A stretch of DNA of 64,000 nt from Eledone cirrhosa (taxonomy: Eukaryota), in contig OZ024740.1 in assembly GCA_964016885.1 (NCBI GenBank), positions 317,998,001-318,062,000 of the forward strand, read 5' to 3'. This document shows positions 59,201-64,000 of this stretch, in pieces; the stretch's first letter is position 1; every line of letters begins with the position of its first letter. The notes below the pieces were generated by a model. The model made no database searches. It saw only the letters and a list, made by a program, of their open reading frames with translations, and had not been told where the DNA came from. A program made the translations under genes and the position numbers.

Positions 59201-62200
59201 TACTCACAACAAATAATCCAGGATTGTCTCGTCTATTTCCACAACTTACATTCTATCTGATATTCTAACGACTCTACCAATTCGAAGTCTTTCTACTACA
59301 ATACTAACAACAAATAATCCAGGATTGTCTCGTCTATTTCCACAACTTACGTTCTATCTGACATTCTAACAACTCTACCAATTCGAAGTCTTTCTACTAC
59401 AATACTAACAACAAATAATCCAGGATTGTCTCGTCTATTTCCACAACATACATTCTATCTGACATTCTAACGACTCTACCAATTCGCTGTCTTTCTACTA
59501 CAATACTCAACAAATAATCCAGGACTGTCTCGTCTATTTCCACAACTTACGTTCTATCTGACATTCTAAAGACTCTAACAATTCGAAGTCTTTCTACTAC
59601 AATACTCAGAACAAATAATCCAGGTTTGTCTCGTCTATTTCCACAACTTACATTCTATCTAACATTCTAACGACTCTACCAATTCGAAGCCTTTTTACTA
59701 CATTACTCACAACAAATAATCCAGGATTGCCCCGTCTATTTCCACAACTTACATTCTACCTGACATTCTAACGACTCTACCAATTCGCTGTCTTTCTACT
59801 ACAATACTCACAACAAATAATCCAGGATTGTCTCGTCTATTTCCACAACTTACATTCTATCTAACATTCTAACAACTCCACCAATTCGAAATCTTTCTAC
59901 TACAACACTCACAACAAATCATCCAGGATTGTCTCGTCTATTTCCACAACTTACATTCTATCTGATATTCTAACGACTCTACCAATTCGAAGTCTTTCTA
60001 CTACAATACTAACAACAAATAATCCAGGATTGTCTCTTCTATTTCCACAACTTACATTCTATCTAACATTCTAACAACTCCATCAATTCGAAATCTTTCT
60101 ACTACAATACTCACAACAAATCATCCATGATTGTCTCGTCTATTTCCACAACTTCCATTCTATCTGATATTCTAACGACTCTACCAATTCGAAGTCTTTC
60201 TACTACAATACTAACAACAAATAATCCAGGATTGTCTCTTCTATTTCCACAACTTGCATTCTATCTGACATTCTAATGACTCTACCAATTCGAAGTCTTT
60301 CTACTACAATACTCACAACAAATAATCCAGGATTGTCTCGTCTATTTCCACAACTTGCATTCTATCTGACATTCTAACGACTCTACCAATTCGAAGTCTT
60401 TCTACTACAATACTCACAACAAATAATCCAGGATTGTCTCGTCTATTTCCACAAATTACATTCTATCTGACATTCTAACGACTCTACCAATTCGCTGTCT
60501 TTCTACTACAATACTCACAACAAATAATCCAGGATTGTCTCGTCTATTTCCACAACTTACATTCTATCTGATATTCTAACGACTCTACCAATTCGAAGTC
60601 TTTCTACTACAATACTCACAACAAATAATCCAGGATTGTCTCGTCTATTTCCACAACTTACATTCTATCTGATATTCTAACGACTCTACCAATTCGAAGT
60701 CTTTCTACTACAATACTAACAACAAATAATCCAGGATTGTCTCTTCTATTTCCACAACTTACGTTCTATCTGACATTCTAACAACTCTACCAATTCGAAA
60801 TCTTTCTACTACAATACTCACAACAAATAATCCAGGATTGTCTCGTCTATTTCCACAACTTACATTCTATCTGATATTCTAACGACTCTACCAATTCGAA
60901 GTCTTTCTACTACAATACTAACAACAAATAATCCAGGATTGTCTCGTCTATTTCCACAACTTACGTTCTATCTGACATTCTAACAACTCTACCAATTCGA
61001 AGTCTTTCTACTACAATACTCACAACAAATAATACAGGATTGGCTCGTCTATTTCCACAACTTACATTCTATCTGATATTCTAACGACTCTACCAATTCG
61101 AAGTCTTTCTACTACAATACTAACAACAAATAATCCAGGATTGTCTCTTCTATTTCCACAACTTACATTCTATCTAACATTCTAACAACTCCACCAATTC
61201 GAAATCTTTCTACTACAATACTCACAACAAATCATCCAGGATTGTCTCGTCTATTTCCACAACTTACATTCTATCTGATATTCTAACGACTCTACCAATT
61301 CGAAGTCTTTCTACTACAATACTAACAACAAATAATCCAGGATTGGCTCTTCTATTTCCACAAATTGCATTCTATCTGACATTCTAACGACTCTACCAAT
61401 TCGAAGTCTTTCTACTACAATACGCACAACAAATAATCCAGGATTGTCTCGTCTATTTCCACAACTTGCATTCTATCTGACATTCTAACGACTCTACCAA
61501 TTCGAAGTCTTTCTACTACAATACTCACAACAAATAATCCAGGATTGTCTCTTCTATTTCCACAACTTACGTTCTATCTGACATTCTAACAACTCTACCA
61601 ATTCGAAATCTTTCTACTACAATACTCACAACAAATAATCCAGGATTGTCTCGTCTATTTCCACAACTTACATTCTATCTGATATTCTAACGACTCTACC
61701 AATTCGCTGTCTTTCTACTACAATACTCACAACAAATAATCCAGGATTGTCTCGTCTATTTCCACAACTTACATTCTACCTGATATTCTAACGACTCTAC
61801 CAATTCGAAGTCTGTCTACTACAATACTCACAACAAATAATCCAGGATTGTCTCGTCTATTTCCACAACTTACATTCTATCTGATATTCTAACGACTCTA
61901 CCAATTCGAAGTCTTTCTACTACAATACTAACAACAAATAATCCAGGAATGTCTCTTCTATTTCCACAACTTACATTCTATCTGACATTCTAACATCTCT
62001 ACCGATTCGAAATCTTTCTACTACAATACTCACAACAAATAATCCAGGATTGTCTCGTCTATTTCCACAACTTACATTCTATCTAACATTCTAACAACTC
62101 CACCAATTCGAAATCTTTCTACTACAATACTCACAATAAATCATCCAGGATTGTCTCGTCTATTTCCACAACTTACGTTCTATCTGATATTCTAACGACT

Positions 62201-63960
62201 CTACCAATTCGAAGTCTTTCTACTACAATACTAACAACAAATAATCCAGGATTGTCTCTTCTATTTCCACAACTTACATTCTATCTAACATTCTAACAAC
62301 TCCACCAATTCGAAATCTTTCTACTACAATACTCACAACAAATCATCCAGGATTGTCTCGTCTATTTCCACAACTTACATTCTATCTGATATTCTAACGA
62401 CTCTACCAATTCGAAGTCTTTCTACTACAATACTAACAACAAATAATCCAGGATTGTCTCTTCTATTTCCACAACTTGCATTCTATCTGACATTCTAATG
62501 ACTCTACCAATTCGAAGTCTTTCTACTACAATACACACAACAAATAATCCAGGATTGTCTCGTCTATTTCCACAACTTGCATTCTATCTGACATTCTAAC
62601 GACTCTACCAATTCGAAGTCTTTCTACTACAATACTCACAACAAATAATCCAGGATTGTCTCGTCTATTTCCACAAATTACATTCTATCTGACATTCTAA
62701 CGACTCTACCAATTCGCTGTCTTTCTACTACAATACTCACAACAAATAATCCAGGATTGTCTCGTCTATTTCCACAACTTACATTCTATCTAACATTCTA
62801 ACGACTCTACCAATTCGAAGCCTTTTTACTACATTACTCACAACAAATAATCCAGGATTGTCTCGTCTATTTCCACAAATTACATTCTATCTGACATTCT
62901 AACGACTCTACCAATTCGCTGTCTTTCTACTACAATACTCACAACAAATAATCCAGGATTGTCTCGTCTATTTCCACAACTTACATTCTATCTGATATTC
63001 TAACGACTCTACCAATTCGAAGTCTTTCTACTACAATACTCACAACAAATAATCCAGGATTGTCTCGTCTATTTCCACAACTTACATTCTATCTGATATT
63101 CTAACGACTCTACCAATTCGAAGTCTTTCTACTACAATACTAACAACAAATAATCCAGGATTGTCTCTTCTATTTCCACAACTTACGTTCTATCTGACAT
63201 TCTAACAACTCTACCAATTCGAAATCTTTCTACTACAATACTCACAACAAATAATCCAGGATTGTCTCGTCTATTTCCACAACTTACATTCTATCTGATA
63301 TTCTAACGACTCTACCAATTCGAAGTCTTTCTACTACAATACTAACAACAAATAATCCAGGATTGTCTCGTCTATTTCCACAACTTACGTTCTATCTGAC
63401 ATTCTAACAACTCTACCAATTCGAAGTCTTTCTACTACAATACTCACAACAAATAATACAGGATTGGCTCGTCTATTTCCACAACTTACATTCTATCTGA
63501 TATTCTAACGACTCTACCAATTCGAAGTCTTTCTACTACAATACTAACAACAAATAATCCAGGATTGTCTCTTCTATTTCCACAACTTACATTCTATCTA
63601 ACATTCTAACAACTCCACCAATTCGAAATCTTTCTACTACAATACTCACAACAAATCATCCAGGATTGTCTCGTCTATTTCCACAACTTACATTCTATCT
63701 GATATTCTAACGACTCTACCAATTCGAAGTCTTTCTACTACAATACTAACAACAAATAATCCAGGATTGGCTCTTCTATTTCCACAAATTGCATTCTATC
63801 TGACATTCTAACGACTCTACCAATTCGAAGTCTTTCTACTACAATACGCACAACAAATAATCCAGGATTGTCTCGTCTATTTCCACAACTTGCATTCTAT
63901 CTGACATTCTAACGACTCTACCAATTCGAAGTCTTTCTACTACAATACTCACAACAAATA
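53270..63960. repeat. 45-mer block (4543 bp), a 16-mer partial copy (1614 bp), then a second full 45-mer
   Basis: CATCCATGA at 53971/58514/60128 (offsets 4543 and 1614); GGAATGTC at 55792/61949 (6157 = 4543 + 1614). Confidence 0.9.
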
Positions 63961-64000
63961 ATCCAGGATTGTCTCTTCTATTTCCACAACTTACGTTCTA

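Larger units (their letters stand above)
1..64000. repeat. Tandem satellite array, 101-bp monomer (31 copies are a 99-bp variant), 634 complete monomers in one orientation; likely centromeric/heterochromatic
   Basis: Monomer start CTCGTCTATT recurs at 1, 102, 203, 302 (after a 99-bp unit) and so on to 63973. Every line belongs to the repeat and monomers differ from the majority sequence by only a few substitutions. The array runs off both ends. The centromeric assignment is inference. Confidence 0.99.

Noticed and set aside
1-64000. CRISPR array or other repeat-spacer system
   Set aside because: There are no unique spacers; every position of the 101-bp unit is repeated, and no cas or other genes are present.
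1-64000. Repeat-encoded protein (long ORF)
   Set aside because: 101 is not a multiple of 3, so fixed stops (+ strand TGA/TAA at 31, TAA at 39 and 88; several TAG/TAA on the minus strand) fall in every frame within a few monomers. ORFs are at most a few hundred bp.
1-64000. Tandem RNA gene cluster (5S rRNA, tRNA, snRNA, spliced leader) or telomeric repeat
   Set aside because: No recognisable RNA gene motifs or pairing potential (only 8 G per unit), and no short telomere-type unit.
1-64000. Monomer variant order as an encoded message or programmed cassette system
   Set aside because: The order is explained by nested in-register duplications and deletions; no recombinase, expression site or flanking signal is visible.
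1-64000. Transposon insertion or inversion within the array
   Set aside because: None seen; the phase arithmetic (634x101 - 31x2) is consistent with no inserted sequence, and all monomers read in the same orientation.

Overview
The whole 64 kb window is one uninterrupted head-to-tail tandem satellite array, most likely eukaryotic (peri)centromeric or other heterochromatic DNA; the organism cannot be identified from the sequence. The monomer is 101 bp (majority sequence CTCGTCTATTTCCACAACTTACATTCTATCTGACATTCTAACGACTCTACCAATTCGAAGTCTTTCTACTACAATACTCACAACAAATAATCCAGGATTGT; about 36% GC, 28 C versus 8 G on the + strand). There are 634 complete monomers plus a 28-bp partial one. I counted 31 monomers of 99 bp carrying the same 2-bp CA deletion, and these account exactly for the phase at the window end (634x101 - 31x2 = 63972). 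I found no genes, RNA genes, transposon insertions, inversions or CRISPR arrays. The information lies in the variant monomers. They form an old ~10-11-mer higher-order repeat (HOR), a young 21-mer (2117 bp) HOR, and block duplications offset by 14, 25-27, 30-31, 45, 48 and 57 monomers. The variant repertoire shifts near 28.7-30.5 kb. I see no evidence of a new gene-based system; the noteworthy features concern satellite architecture and evolution. All offsets were counted by hand from rare variants, and block ends are approximate.
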